DNA of 53,758 nt, from NCBI GenBank assembly GCA_003601835.1, contig PIYB01000001.1, positions 1-53,758 of the forward strand, written 5' to 3'. This stretch comes from Candidatus Bathyarchaeota archaeon. Lineage in GTDB: Archaea > Thermoproteota > Bathyarchaeia > Bathyarchaeales > DTEX01. The number at the start of each line of letters is the position of its first letter. Position 1 is the stretch's first letter. A model generated the notes under the pieces. It searched no databases. It was given only the letters and a program-made list of their open reading frames with translations, and was not told the origin of the DNA. Position numbers and translations under genes: made by a program. Shown piece by piece: positions 1-8,533 of this stretch.

Positions 1-1
1 G

Positions 2-370
2 GGGGGAGACAACGCGAGACTCGTTGTCATTATCGCAAAGGACAAAACCGTTGAACGACTCAAAGGCAGCCGACCCATAATTCCCGAGGATCAGCGAAGA
101 GCCCTAGTGGAGTCTCTCAAGGTGGTTGACGAAGCCATCTTAGGCTACGAAGACATGGACATGCTTAAGGTCATAGAAAAGGTGAAACCGGACATAATCG
201 CCTTAGGATATGACGAGGAACAGATAGAGGAAAAACTGAGGAAACTCATAGCTGAAAACAACCTTGCCATCCGCGTTGCCCGGGTAGACCGGTTTAAGGA
301 AAAAAACCTGGTAAGCTCCTCAAAAATAAAAAGGAAGATTATCGAGAACTACCGGAGGAACATGACTTAA
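2..370 (+). CDS. ribL: FAD synthase / cytidylyltransferase-family protein (5' truncated by window edge)
   Basis: Frame is open from base 2: LVVIIAKDKTVERLKGSRPIIPEDQRRALVESLKVVDEAILG...KPDIIALGYD...SSSKIK, a typical archaeal RibL C-terminal half. Confidence 0.8.
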   Translation, partial: GGDNARLVVIIAKDKTVERLKGSRPIIPEDQRRALVESLKVVDEAILGYEDMDMLKVIEKVKPDIIALGYDEEQIEEKLRKLIAENNLAIRVARVDRFKEKNLVSSSKIKRKIIENYRRNMT

Positions 371-497
371 ACAACTCTTTATTCCTTGTAAACCCGCCTC
401 CTCGTTCTTGTCCATGATGCCAAACAGCAGACATGCATGGCTTACATTCCTGTGCTGCGGAAAACGTTAACGTTTCTCCAGTGCCGGTTCAACGGTT

Positions 498-1442
498 CTA
501 TGCAAACGCGGGAATAACTTTTTCTGCGAACAGTTTTGCACCGTCCGTTTTCGGGAAGTCTACGAACCGCAGGATGAAAAGTTCGACGCCTATCTTTGTG
601 TATTCTGAGATTTTTTCCGTGACCGTTTCCGGGCTTCCGATGATGTAGTTTTCCTCTTTATCCATGTCAATGAAGGGGCTGTGAGACGCTGATCTTCTGG
701 CTTCCTCCTCAGTTTCAGCTATGGCAACGATGTTCGCCAAGGTTTTAACGATCTCAGAAACGCTCCTTCCAATATTACCGCAGTGCCTCTTGAGAACGCT
801 CAGCTTCTGCTGGTAGATGCTGGGTGAAACGTTGGGAAGATTCCACCAGTCAGCATGCCGAGCTACAACCTTCAAAGTCATCTTTTCTCCTCCGCCACCT
901 ATCATGAGAGGGGGAACAGGTTCAGGTTTCGGGCTGCAGACGGCTTCTTTGATCTGGTAGTATCTGCCTTTGAACGTGGCTTTTTCCTCGGTCCACATCT
1001 TCTTTATTATCTGAACGGCTTCTTCGAGCTGTTGAATTCTAACCTTAGGCGGGGGAAACGGGTAGCCGTAGGCTACGTATTCATCCTGTTTCCAGCCTGC
1101 GCCGATTCCAAGGACAAACCGTCCTCCAGTTAAGGCTTGAAGAGTCGCCGCCATCTTAGCCAACAACGCAGGGTTCCTATACGAGTTGCAGAGAACAATG
1201 TTTCCAAACGTCAAGTTTCGGAACATTCCAGAAAGGTACGCGACGGATGTGAAGCCTTCCAAGTTAGGCGCGGTCTCGGAAACGAAGTTTGCCCAAGGAA
1301 CGAAGTGATCGCAAACCCAAGCGGAGCTGAAGTCTTGCTTCAGTTCGTTTATGAACTGTGTGACTTGGTTGATGAAGGCTTTACCGGTGCTGCCGTCTAC
1401 TGGAAAAGCTGGGATTCTCAATCCAAACTTTACTTTCGTCAT
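498..1442 (-). CDS. LLM-class (luciferase-like) flavin/F420-dependent oxidoreductase
   Basis: WVCDHF, YRNPALLAKMAATL, GGRFVLGIGAGW, PPLMIGGGGEK motifs. Confidence 0.9.
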   Translation of the reverse strand: MTKVKFGLRIPAFPVDGSTGKAFINQVTQFINELKQDFSSAWVCDHFVPWANFVSETAPNLEGFTSVAYLSGMFRNLTFGNIVLCNSYRNPALLAKMAATLQALTGGRFVLGIGAGWKQDEYVAYGYPFPPPKVRIQQLEEAVQIIKKMWTEEKATFKGRYYQIKEAVCSPKPEPVPPLMIGGGGEKMTLKVVARHADWWNLPNVSPSIYQQKLSVLKRHCGNIGRSVSEIVKTLANIVAIAETEEEARRSASHSPFIDMDKEENYIIGSPETVTEKISEYTKIGVELFILRFVDFPKTDGAKLFAEKVIPAFA

Positions 1443-1514
1443 TTTGCTTCATCCGCAGAACTTATGTGCATAATATTATGGCGCTGAGGCTTTTTAGGTT
1501 TGTTTTCTTTTTTC

Positions 1515-3452
1515 TTACGGCAATCCTAGTAGGGAGAAAACTCTGAATACGATGCCGCCTACCAAAAGCGCGAAGAGAACCTCGCTTACCGTTATTAACA
1601 AAGCGTTTTTCCAGCCTGTTTCTTTCACCAGCACAGCGGTTGTTGCAACGCAGGGAATGTAAAGCATCACCACAAGAGTGAACACAACCATCTGTAACGG
1701 AGATAACACAGCTAAGTTTCCTAGGACGGTGGCAAGCATTATCAATGCGAGCTCCTTCCTGAATATGCCGAAGAGAAGGGAGATTCCCATCTCAGGTTCT
1801 AGCCCCAGCCAGTTTACGGTTACAGGGCTCATGATGTTAACGATCAAGTTCAGGTAGCCGAGGACTTCGACGAGTTTTATTATGAACCCGCTTACGATTA
1901 TGAGCGGAAACGCTATAATGATGAACTCTTTCAACCGGAACCATGTTTGGGTAAGAACGGTTTTCAAATGTGGAACCCTGATCTCGTTCATCTCCATTAT
2001 AAGCCCAGTTGGCTCCCCGGGTAATGCTTTGAATGCTATCCTTCCAAGTGTTAGGATTATCGCTAAGTCAATCATGTAGAGTATCAACGCCCATTCCAAA
2101 CCAACGTATTTTCCGACAAGCCCGAGGACAACTACGCTGACGGCGGCGCAAGGAACAAGCGTAACGACAAAGATCGCAAGTAACCGTTCGCGTTCGGTTT
2201 CCATTATCTTGCATCCTAAACATGCGGGAACGTTGCAGCCGAAGGCAAGCATAACGGGAATGAAAGCTTTGCCGTGCAGACCGATCTTGTGCATCACTGC
2301 GTCCATGAGAAAGGCTATTCTGCTCAGGTATCCTGAGTCTTCTAGAGAGAATAATACCAAATAGAAGGGCACAATATACGGCAAAGCTATGGTTACGCCT
2401 GCAATTATGCTTTCCATTATGCCGCCCCAGATTAGCTTCATAGTTACGCCTTCACCGAGAAAACTTTGAAAAACAGGCTCCAGCCTATATAGAAGGTCTT
2501 CAAGGTACCCAGATGTGATGTCGCCGAAGGTGAAGATCGAATAAAAAATTGCGAGAAGAACGCCGAGCATTATCAAATAGCCGTAAACAATGTGAGTTGT
2601 GATGTTATGAATGCGGTCAGTTAAGGTCTGTTTTGTTCCCGGCGTTATCTCCTGAACTTGAGCTGCAATGCAACGGGCAGTTTCATACCTTTCCGAAACT
2701 ATGACGGTTTCACACGGATGACCGTGAAGATTCTCAATTTCTTCAGCAAGTTTTCTGGATTTTTCAAGTATTTCCGGAGCAACCTCACCGATCTGCTTCT
2801 GAATCTCCTCGTCCCTTTCAAGCAGTTTTATGGCAGTCCATCGGGCGGGATACTTGAACCCGACCTTCTCAATAAACTGCGTGAGCTTTTGGATCTGCTC
2901 CTCCACTTCCTTCCCATACTTGATTCTTACCGGTTTAACTCCCCCCTTCTCAACAACCTCAACCGCTCTCTCGAGAAGAGCGTAAACCCCTATGCCTTTT
3001 ATGGCAACCGTCGGGACAACAGGAATTCCTAAGATTCTCTCAAGTTTCTTGTGATCTATCTGTATGCCTTTCTTAGCGGCGATATCGATCTGGTTCAGAG
3101 CTAGGACCATAGGAGTTTCGAGTTCTATAAGCTGCAACGTGAAAAACAGGTTTCTCTCAAGAACTGAAGCATCCACCACGTTGATGACCAGATCCGGCTT
3201 CTCAAAAGCTATGTATTCCCGTGAAACAAGCTCCTCCAGAGAAAAGGTGGAAAGAGAATAGATGCCTGGAAGGTCAATTATGTCAATAAGATACCCTTTG
3301 AAGAAAAGGGTGCCCTCCGCCCTCTCAACCGTTTTACCCGGCCAGTTCCCAATATGCTGATGTAAACCGGTCAAGTAATTGAAAATAACGGATTTACCAA
3401 CATTAGCGTTTCCCGCGAGGGCTATGGTAAGCGTTTTCCGCTTGGTTTCTAC
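1515..3452 (-). CDS. feoB: Ferrous iron transporter FeoB (start uncertain; proposed GTA at 3452-3450)
   Basis: G1 GNANVGKS, G2 [10 protein letters not shown]3 DLPG, G4 NQID, membrane domain with FGCNVPA and LYIPCVAT. The N-terminal ~125 aa of the 771-aa track ORF overlap feoA and are not FeoB-like. Confidence 0.93.
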   Translation of the reverse strand, partial: VETKRKTLTIALAGNANVGKSVIFNYLTGLHQHIGNWPGKTVERAEGTLFFKGYLIDIIDLPGIYSLSTFSLEELVSREYIAFEKPDLVINVVDASVLERNLFFTLQLIELETPMVLALNQIDIAAKKGIQIDHKKLERILGIPVVPTVAIKGIGVYALLERAVEVVEKGGVKPVRIKYGKEVEEQIQKLTQFIEKVGFKYPARWTAIKLLERDEEIQKQIGEVAPEILEKSRKLAEEIENLHGHPCETVIVSERYETARCIAAQVQEITPGTKQTLTDRIHNITTHIVYGYLIMLGVLLAIFYSIFTFGDITSGYLEDLLYRLEPVFQSFLGEGVTMKLIWGGIMESIIAGVTIALPYIVPFYLVLFSLEDSGYLSRIAFLMDAVMHKIGLHGKAFIPVMLAFGCNVPACLGCKIMETERERLLAIFVVTLVPCAAVSVVVLGLVGKYVGLEWALILYMIDLAIILTLGRIAFKALPGEPTGLIMEMNEIRVPHLKTVLTQTWFRLKEFIIIAFPLIIVSGFIIKLVEVLGYLNLIVNIMSPVTVNWLGLEPEMGISLLFGIFRKELALIMLATVLGNLAVLSPLQMVVFTLVVMLYIPCVATTAVLVKETGWKNALLITVSEVLFALLVGGIVFRVFSLLGLP

Positions 3453-3733
3453 CGGATTCTCTCCACGAGGATCCTCTCCGCCATACCCCTCCCCAGAGCT
3501 AGCCTTGACCCCCTGACCAATATCTCTACGGGACCTCTGAACGGGGCGGTTTTGACGACCTTCACCTGCGTCCCAGGTGTCAGTCCCATGTCCATAAGTC
3601 TTTTGATGAAGCCTCTGCCTCTGCTTCTGCCTCTGCCTCGTCTTCCCGGTTTGGGGTTCGCCCCGATCGAGATGATTATTGCCTCCTCGTCCGGTCTTAA
3701 GGCTGTTAATGGAATTCTTCGCGGATATCCCAT
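3449..3733 (-). CDS. feoA: Ferrous iron transport protein FeoA
   Basis: KRLMDMGLTPG...APFRGPVEILVRGSRLALGRGMAERILVE signature; directly upstream of feoB. Confidence 0.93.
   Translation of the reverse strand: MGYPRRIPLTALRPDEEAIIISIGANPKPGRRGRGRSRGRGFIKRLMDMGLTPGTQVKVVKTAPFRGPVEILVRGSRLALGRGMAERILVERIR
3611..3639. repeat. Hexamer tandem repeat (GCCTCT, about 5 copies) encoding an RG-rich loop in FeoA
   Basis: gcctct gcctct gcttct gcctct gcctc; the minus strand reads RGRGRSRGRG. Confidence 0.75.
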
Positions 3734-4431
3734 CCTTCCACCCCTGAAGAAACACGACTATCTTCTCCTTTCTTTTTAACTTTGACTGCAACGGCGAGTT
3801 CTGGAGGTACTTTTCGGCGGACTTCATCAACCCTCACGTAGATCGGGCTTCCACGTTGAGTTTTCTTAAGCATCTTCACATGGGCTCCAGGTTTCAGCCC
3901 CAGCATCTCGACACGTTTCAGAATGCTGCTCCGTTCATCAGTTATCATCACAACAGTTCCTTCCTCGCCTTGATTAAGGTTCAAAAGCGGCTTAGCTTGT
4001 AACTCTTCTATGATCCCACCGCACCTCGTGGGAATCGGATTGCCATGTGGACATGTTCGAGGCCATTTCAGAACCTTCTCGATGTTTTTAGCAACCTCCT
4101 CGGTTAATCCGTGCTCAAGCTGGCAAGCAGCTTCATGCACCTTGTTCCATTCTATGTGAAGTATGTCTGAGAGAAGCCTTTCGGAAAGCCTGTGTTTTCG
4201 GATGACGCGGAGAGCGATTCTTCTACCTTTCTGTGTAAGTACCACGCCTTTGTACGCTTCATGTTTAACAAATCCCCTTTTTTCCAAGCGTTCCACAGTG
4301 TTTGTAACAGTCCCGGGAACAACCTTGAGCATTTTAACAATCTCGCTTGTTCGAGCCACGCCGTCTCTCTGTTCCAGCCTGTAGACCGTTTCTAGAAACT
4401 CTTCGGTTTGGCTTGTGATCTTCTCGGGCAA
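3706..4431 (-). CDS. DtxR/MntR/IdeR-family metal-dependent repressor with C-terminal FeoA (SH3-like) domain
   Basis: EEFLETVYRL HTH, RKHRLSERLL, HEAACQLEH, CPHGNPIP; first gene of the feo operon. Confidence 0.93.
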   Translation of the reverse strand: MPEKITSQTEEFLETVYRLEQRDGVARTSEIVKMLKVVPGTVTNTVERLEKRGFVKHEAYKGVVLTQKGRRIALRVIRKHRLSERLLSDILHIEWNKVHEAACQLEHGLTEEVAKNIEKVLKWPRTCPHGNPIPTRCGGIIEELQAKPLLNLNQGEEGTVVMITDERSSILKRVEMLGLKPGAHVKMLKKTQRGSPIYVRVDEVRRKVPPELAVAVKVKKKGEDSRVSSGVEGWDIREEFH

Positions 4432-4600
4432 GGCGTCCCTCTCGCTTCAACAGCCGCTAAATTACGACGCATCGTACTTTTAAGCTTTTTCCCATATTAC
4501 GCAATCCTCTGTGCATGAAAACGTTAGTACGCATTTAAAGGCGGAAGGCGGCAAAACCTAAAAGGACCTTCCAAGCCAGATGTCTGTTTGAGGGCACGCT

Positions 4601-5446
4601 TTGCTCAGAGTCGGATTTCACGTCTCCATCCAAGGAACAATCGATGAAGCAGTGGACAGAGCCGTCGCATTGGGCTGCAACACCTTCCAGATTTTCACAA
4701 GAACACCTAGAGCCTGGGCAACAAAGAATCTAACGGCGGAAGAAACAGAGGCTTTCATCCGGAAAGTTGACAGGTACGACGTACGACCGGTTTTCGCGCA
4801 CATGCCGTACCTTGTGAACCTAGCTTCACCTAAACGTGACGTTTACCATCGGTCAATTGAAACCTTGAAAGAAGAACTGGAGCGATGCCGGAAGCTACGA
4901 ATCCCGTTTCTGGTTACACATTTAGGCAGCCACCTTGGATTCGGGAAAAAGGAAGGGTTCAGACGGATCGTTAAAGCCGTGAATGAAGCCTTCGAAGATT
5001 CGTCGGGAGAAGTCATGCTTTTGTTAGAGAACACGGCTGGAACACGGAACAGCATGGGAAGCTCCTTCGAGGACATCCAACGCATAATCGCAGGGTTAAC
5101 CCGTCCAGAACGTGTAGGCGTGTGTTTTGACACCGCTCACGCTTATGCTGCTGGCTATGATTTGGGGTCTAAAGCAGCAGTGGACAACACGATCAGAAGG
5201 TTTGATGAAACAATCGGGTTTGAGAGGCTTCACCTTGTTCACCTGAATGATTCCTTAGGTGGTCTAGGTTCACGCATAGACCGGCATGAACACATCGGGT
5301 TGGGCATGATCGGTGAAAAAGGGTTCCACGCCATTCTTCATAGCAAACTCAGACAGCTGCCTTTTATCATGGAGACGCCTAAAGACGAAAGGAGAAGCGA
5401 TGTTGACAACCTTCGGAAGGTCCGGGAGCTGGCTGGCGAACTTTAA
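4601..5446 (+). CDS. nfo: Endonuclease IV (AP endonuclease)
   Basis: GFHVSI, HMPYLVNLAS, LLLENTAG, GVCFDTAH, HLNDS, DRHEHIG, METP zinc-ligand motifs. Confidence 0.95.
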   Translation: MLRVGFHVSIQGTIDEAVDRAVALGCNTFQIFTRTPRAWATKNLTAEETEAFIRKVDRYDVRPVFAHMPYLVNLASPKRDVYHRSIETLKEELERCRKLRIPFLVTHLGSHLGFGKKEGFRRIVKAVNEAFEDSSGEVMLLLENTAGTRNSMGSSFEDIQRIIAGLTRPERVGVCFDTAHAYAAGYDLGSKAAVDNTIRRFDETIGFERLHLVHLNDSLGGLGSRIDRHEHIGLGMIGEKGFHAILHSKLRQLPFIMETPKDERRSDVDNLRKVRELAGEL

Positions 5447-5484
5447 CAGAGACACGTTTTCTCGCACTCAGGGTGAAACCCGGC

Positions 5485-5646
5485 TTGACTGAAAGAAGAT
5501 GTAAAGGCTGCGGTGTTCTGTTGTCAGACGAGGATGTGATGAAGATCCAGCTTGAGGACCGGTCTTGGGAGGTTGTTCCGCTTCCTCTATGTCCACGTTG
5601 CTTCACTGAGCAGCTGCGAAAACGAGTGTGTCAGAAAAGGTGTTAA
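5485..5646 (+). CDS. Small C4 zinc-finger protein, 53 aa (not in ORF track)
   Basis: TTG start (in-frame GTG at 5473); MTERRCKGCGVLLSDEDVMKIQLEDRSWEVVPLPLCPRCFTEQLRKRVCQKRC; CxxCG...CPxC; fills the gap between two + strand genes. Confidence 0.65.
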   Translation: MTERRCKGCGVLLSDEDVMKIQLEDRSWEVVPLPLCPRCFTEQLRKRVCQKRC

Positions 5647-5689
5647 CCTTTAAAGCCTTGTAAACGCATCTGTATATGTTTGCAGGTAG

Positions 5690-6406
5690 GTGTCACGGTT
5701 GGTTTTACCTGTTAAGGTTTTTGAGATCATTGATGAAGTTGACTTCGGGTTCATGGTTCAAAAATTGAAGGATTTTCGCGAAGAAGAAACCTATCAAACC
5801 GAATCAGGAGAAACAATCGAGTTAGTCACCGAAATACTGGACCTAAAGGTTGAAGACACAACGGTTTCCGGAATCTTCAGCAAAGACTTCATAGGCACCC
5901 AGTTCTACAAGCGGGAACTGGTTGAACACCCTTCCACAGAAGAAGCGCCTTTCTGGATCGTCCCATACAACGAAAGAAGGTTCCTAATAGTCCTAGCTCC
6001 TTCCGTGGCACGCGGTGTGAAGAAACTTCTCACAGGAAACGTCGCGAACACGCTCAGCCGAATCCTATTCATACGAACGGGCGGAATCGTCGAGGCAAGC
6101 ATACCCAGCGAGACCCTGCGCGAACTGCATGAGTCGAATCCTCAAGCCACAAAACTGATATGGTTTGATCAAGTGGATATCCCCGGCGTCGAAAAACTAT
6201 GCCTAGCCGGCTCAGACGTCGCAAATACCGATCTTTATCAAAACTATCTGAAACACGGTCAAATCTGGTACGTTGTCTTCGAAGCACAACGCCGCGGCAT
6301 AGTTGTCGGGATAACACGGAGCTGCGTCGTCACGTTATTCAGTAAAAGCACAATAGACGAGTTCATTCGATACATCCAAGAGGACATTCTACAACTCATA
6401 CAATAA
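5690..6406 (+). CDS. Conserved archaeal hypothetical protein
   Basis: 238-aa ORF with TTTAAA TATA-like element upstream; no function recognised. Confidence 0.8.
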   Translation: MSRLVLPVKVFEIIDEVDFGFMVQKLKDFREEETYQTESGETIELVTEILDLKVEDTTVSGIFSKDFIGTQFYKRELVEHPSTEEAPFWIVPYNERRFLIVLAPSVARGVKKLLTGNVANTLSRILFIRTGGIVEASIPSETLRELHESNPQATKLIWFDQVDIPGVEKLCLAGSDVANTDLYQNYLKHGQIWYVVFEAQRRGIVVGITRSCVVTLFSKSTIDEFIRYIQEDILQLIQ

Positions 6407-6491
6407 ACAAGCAAAGGGAAAACACTGCGCCATCCTGAAAGAAGACACCGTCAAGAATCGGGATTTTTTTCTATATAAATGTTCTTTGGAT

Positions 6492-6522
6492 TCTTTCTTT
6501 TCTTTATAAACGAAAAGAAAGA
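6492..6522. terminator. AT-rich inverted repeat between convergent genes; possible bidirectional terminator
   Basis: tctttcttttc-N9-gaaaagaaaga perfect 11-bp arms, with T-tracts nearby. Confidence 0.4.
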
Positions 6523-6629
6523 GTCTTTCGAATTCTTTTGTTTATGAAGGTTTTTCTTGGGGTACGCCGGTGTGTAACAGCTTTTTTCTGTTTGTAGTTA
6601 GGTGATGATTGTGACTTCCTTGGCTTGTT

Positions 6630-7454
6630 TCAGATTGGAACTGGTTCTCCTGTGAAGTTCCGTTTTATTCTGCCAAGTTCATTCTCAACCTCTTTGAGCT
6701 GGTCTTGGTTGAAAACAGGTCCGTCCTTGCAGACTCTGTATTTTCCTATAACGCAGCTTCCGCATATCCCCATCCCGCAAAGCATAATACGTTCAAGACT
6801 CGCTTGTAGAGGAACCTTATGTCTTACGGACATGTCGTAAATCTTACGTGTCATAACCTCGTTCCCGCACACGTACACCATGTCAAACCGTTCAGCGGAA
6901 AGAATCTTCTCCGCAGCCTCCGTTGCAAAGCCTTTAACCCCGTAGCTGCCGTCATCCGTCGTAAAGATGACCTTTGCATGTCCCTCTTTCTCAAGCCTGC
7001 AAAGCTGGTTGAAGAATATCAGTTCATCACGGGTTTTAGCGCCCTCAATGATGGTTACCCTCACATTTTTGTCAAGAAGCCTGCTGACCAACATCATAAG
7101 CGGCGCCATCCCCGTTCCCCCGCCTACAACCAACACGTTCTCACCGAAAACCTTGAAATGAGAACCATAGGGCCCTCGAACCCCGATAATGTCACCTTTC
7201 TTCATACGGTTAAGCGCCTTGGTTGCTTCACCTACCTCCTTAACCGTTACCGAGGCAACCGTCCTAGACACCGAGGAGACGCTAAGAGGGATCTCGTCAA
7301 CCCCCGGTATCCAAACCATGAGAAACTGACCGGGCTCCGCAGAGGAGCACAAGCTGTCCTTGAAAAAGAAGGTTTTAACCTTGAAAGCCTCATCTATAAC
7401 CGTTTCTATCTTCACCGTTCTCATCTGATTAACGTCTGTGTGCCAACCCGACAA
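6630..7454 (-). CDS. pyrK: Dihydroorotate dehydrogenase electron transfer subunit
   Basis: PGQFLMVWIPGVDEIPLS, GVRGPYG, GGGTGMAPL, ERIMLCGMGICGSC...VCKDGPVF [2Fe-2S] motif. Confidence 0.93.
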   Translation of the reverse strand: MSGWHTDVNQMRTVKIETVIDEAFKVKTFFFKDSLCSSAEPGQFLMVWIPGVDEIPLSVSSVSRTVASVTVKEVGEATKALNRMKKGDIIGVRGPYGSHFKVFGENVLVVGGGTGMAPLMMLVSRLLDKNVRVTIIEGAKTRDELIFFNQLCRLEKEGHAKVIFTTDDGSYGVKGFATEAAEKILSAERFDMVYVCGNEVMTRKIYDMSVRHKVPLQASLERIMLCGMGICGSCVIGKYRVCKDGPVFNQDQLKEVENELGRIKRNFTGEPVPI

Positions 7455-8349
7455 TATCCTTCACCCTTCTGCTCCCTCTCTTCTCGAGATAAGCTGCTAT
7501 CCCTTCTGCAACCGACTTGAAGACACCTAAATCCTCGTAAACTATGGCTGAACCTATCTGAACAGCAGAAGCCCCTGCTAACAGAAACTCAACAGCATCC
7601 CTCCAAGTTCGGACACCTCCGCAGCCTATTACCGGCAGATCCAACCTTTCACTAATCTCGTATACGCATCTAACGGCAACCGGTTTTATGGCTCCCCCTG
7701 ACAATCCACCTATCCTGTTAGCTAAAACCGGGCGAGCAGTCTCAACATCTATAGCCATAGCCTTCACGGTGTTTATAGCCGTAACCGCGTCTGCGCCCGC
7801 GGAAGCCGCAGCCTCAGCGAGCTTCACTATGTCTGCAACGTTAGGCGTTAGCTTGGCAAAAACAGGAACATCCACGCAGTCTTTCACTTCTCTGACCACC
7901 GTTTTAATCATCCTAGGGTTCTGCCCTATCTCGGCTCCCGCTCCTTTCACGTGGGGACATGAAAGGTTCAACTCTAAAGCGTCTGCGCCGGCTGCTGCTG
8001 CCTTCGCTGCGACCTCGGCATATTCTTTCGGTGAATATCCGTAGATGCTGGTGATCAACGGGACTTCCAAGTCGTCCAGTTTCTTGATTTCCTCAGCGAA
8101 TCTGCTGATACCGGGGTTAGGCAAGCCCACAGCGTTCAACAGTCCACACTCAACCTGGATAACGGTGGGATTCGCATAGCCTCTTCTCGGTTGAAGCCCA
8201 ACAGATTTCGTTGTAACCGCCCCTGCGCCGGCGTGAGCTACTTCTCTTAAGATGTCAGCTGAAACACCGAGGATTCCTGAAGCGAGAATCGTGGGGTTAC
8301 GGAGGTTTAGCCCGGCGATCTCAACCTGAAGCCCGGCTGCTTTTTCCAT
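7429..8349 (-). CDS. pyrD: Dihydroorotate dehydrogenase type 1B catalytic subunit
   Basis: NPTILASG, TTKS, LNAVGLPNPG, ELNLSCPH, KLTPN, GGLSG motifs. Confidence 0.95.
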   Translation of the reverse strand: MEKAAGLQVEIAGLNLRNPTILASGILGVSADILREVAHAGAGAVTTKSVGLQPRRGYANPTVIQVECGLLNAVGLPNPGISRFAEEIKKLDDLEVPLITSIYGYSPKEYAEVAAKAAAAGADALELNLSCPHVKGAGAEIGQNPRMIKTVVREVKDCVDVPVFAKLTPNVADIVKLAEAAASAGADAVTAINTVKAMAIDVETARPVLANRIGGLSGGAIKPVAVRCVYEISERLDLPVIGCGGVRTWRDAVEFLLAGASAVQIGSAIVYEDLGVFKSVAEGIAAYLEKRGSRRVKDIVGLAHRR

Positions 8350-8533
8350 GACAATCAGACAAGTCTACTTTTGAGGGAATATATTAACCTTTAAACCGCC
8401 AAGGAATCCCAGCGTTCCTGTCTTTCTGTCGCACGCTTGCATTCTCTGATTGTTAGGTGAACCTTATCCCGACAGGGAGAAAACATCGGAGTTAAAAGGG
8501 TCTCACTGCTGACCAAGTTAACAGACGCTCGAC

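Noticed and set aside
462-475. Palindrome AAACGTTAACGTTT
   Set aside because: It lies between convergent gene ends, and AACGTT/GTTAAC words are common in this window; no supportable function
3765-3785. A-rich slippery-looking site near the dtxR end (GTTAAAAAGAAAGG on the minus strand) as a DtxR-FeoA fusion signal
   Set aside because: Not a canonical heptamer, and the -1 frame hits TAG before reaching feoA
3453-3830. N-terminal 125 aa of the 771-aa FeoB ORF
   Set aside because: It overlaps feoA and the dtxR end in other frames and has no FeoB-like character; treated as an open shadow frame
6819-7520. Long antisense ORFs (e.g. 6819-7520, 18163-18741, 25262-25912, 36421-36960)
   Set aside because: Shadows of well-supported genes on the opposite strand with no independent motifs
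8453-8466. TTAGGTGAACCTTA resembling a DtxR/MntR box
   Set aside because: Two mismatches, located upstream of pyrD rather than the metal genes, and no matching box seen at the feo promoter
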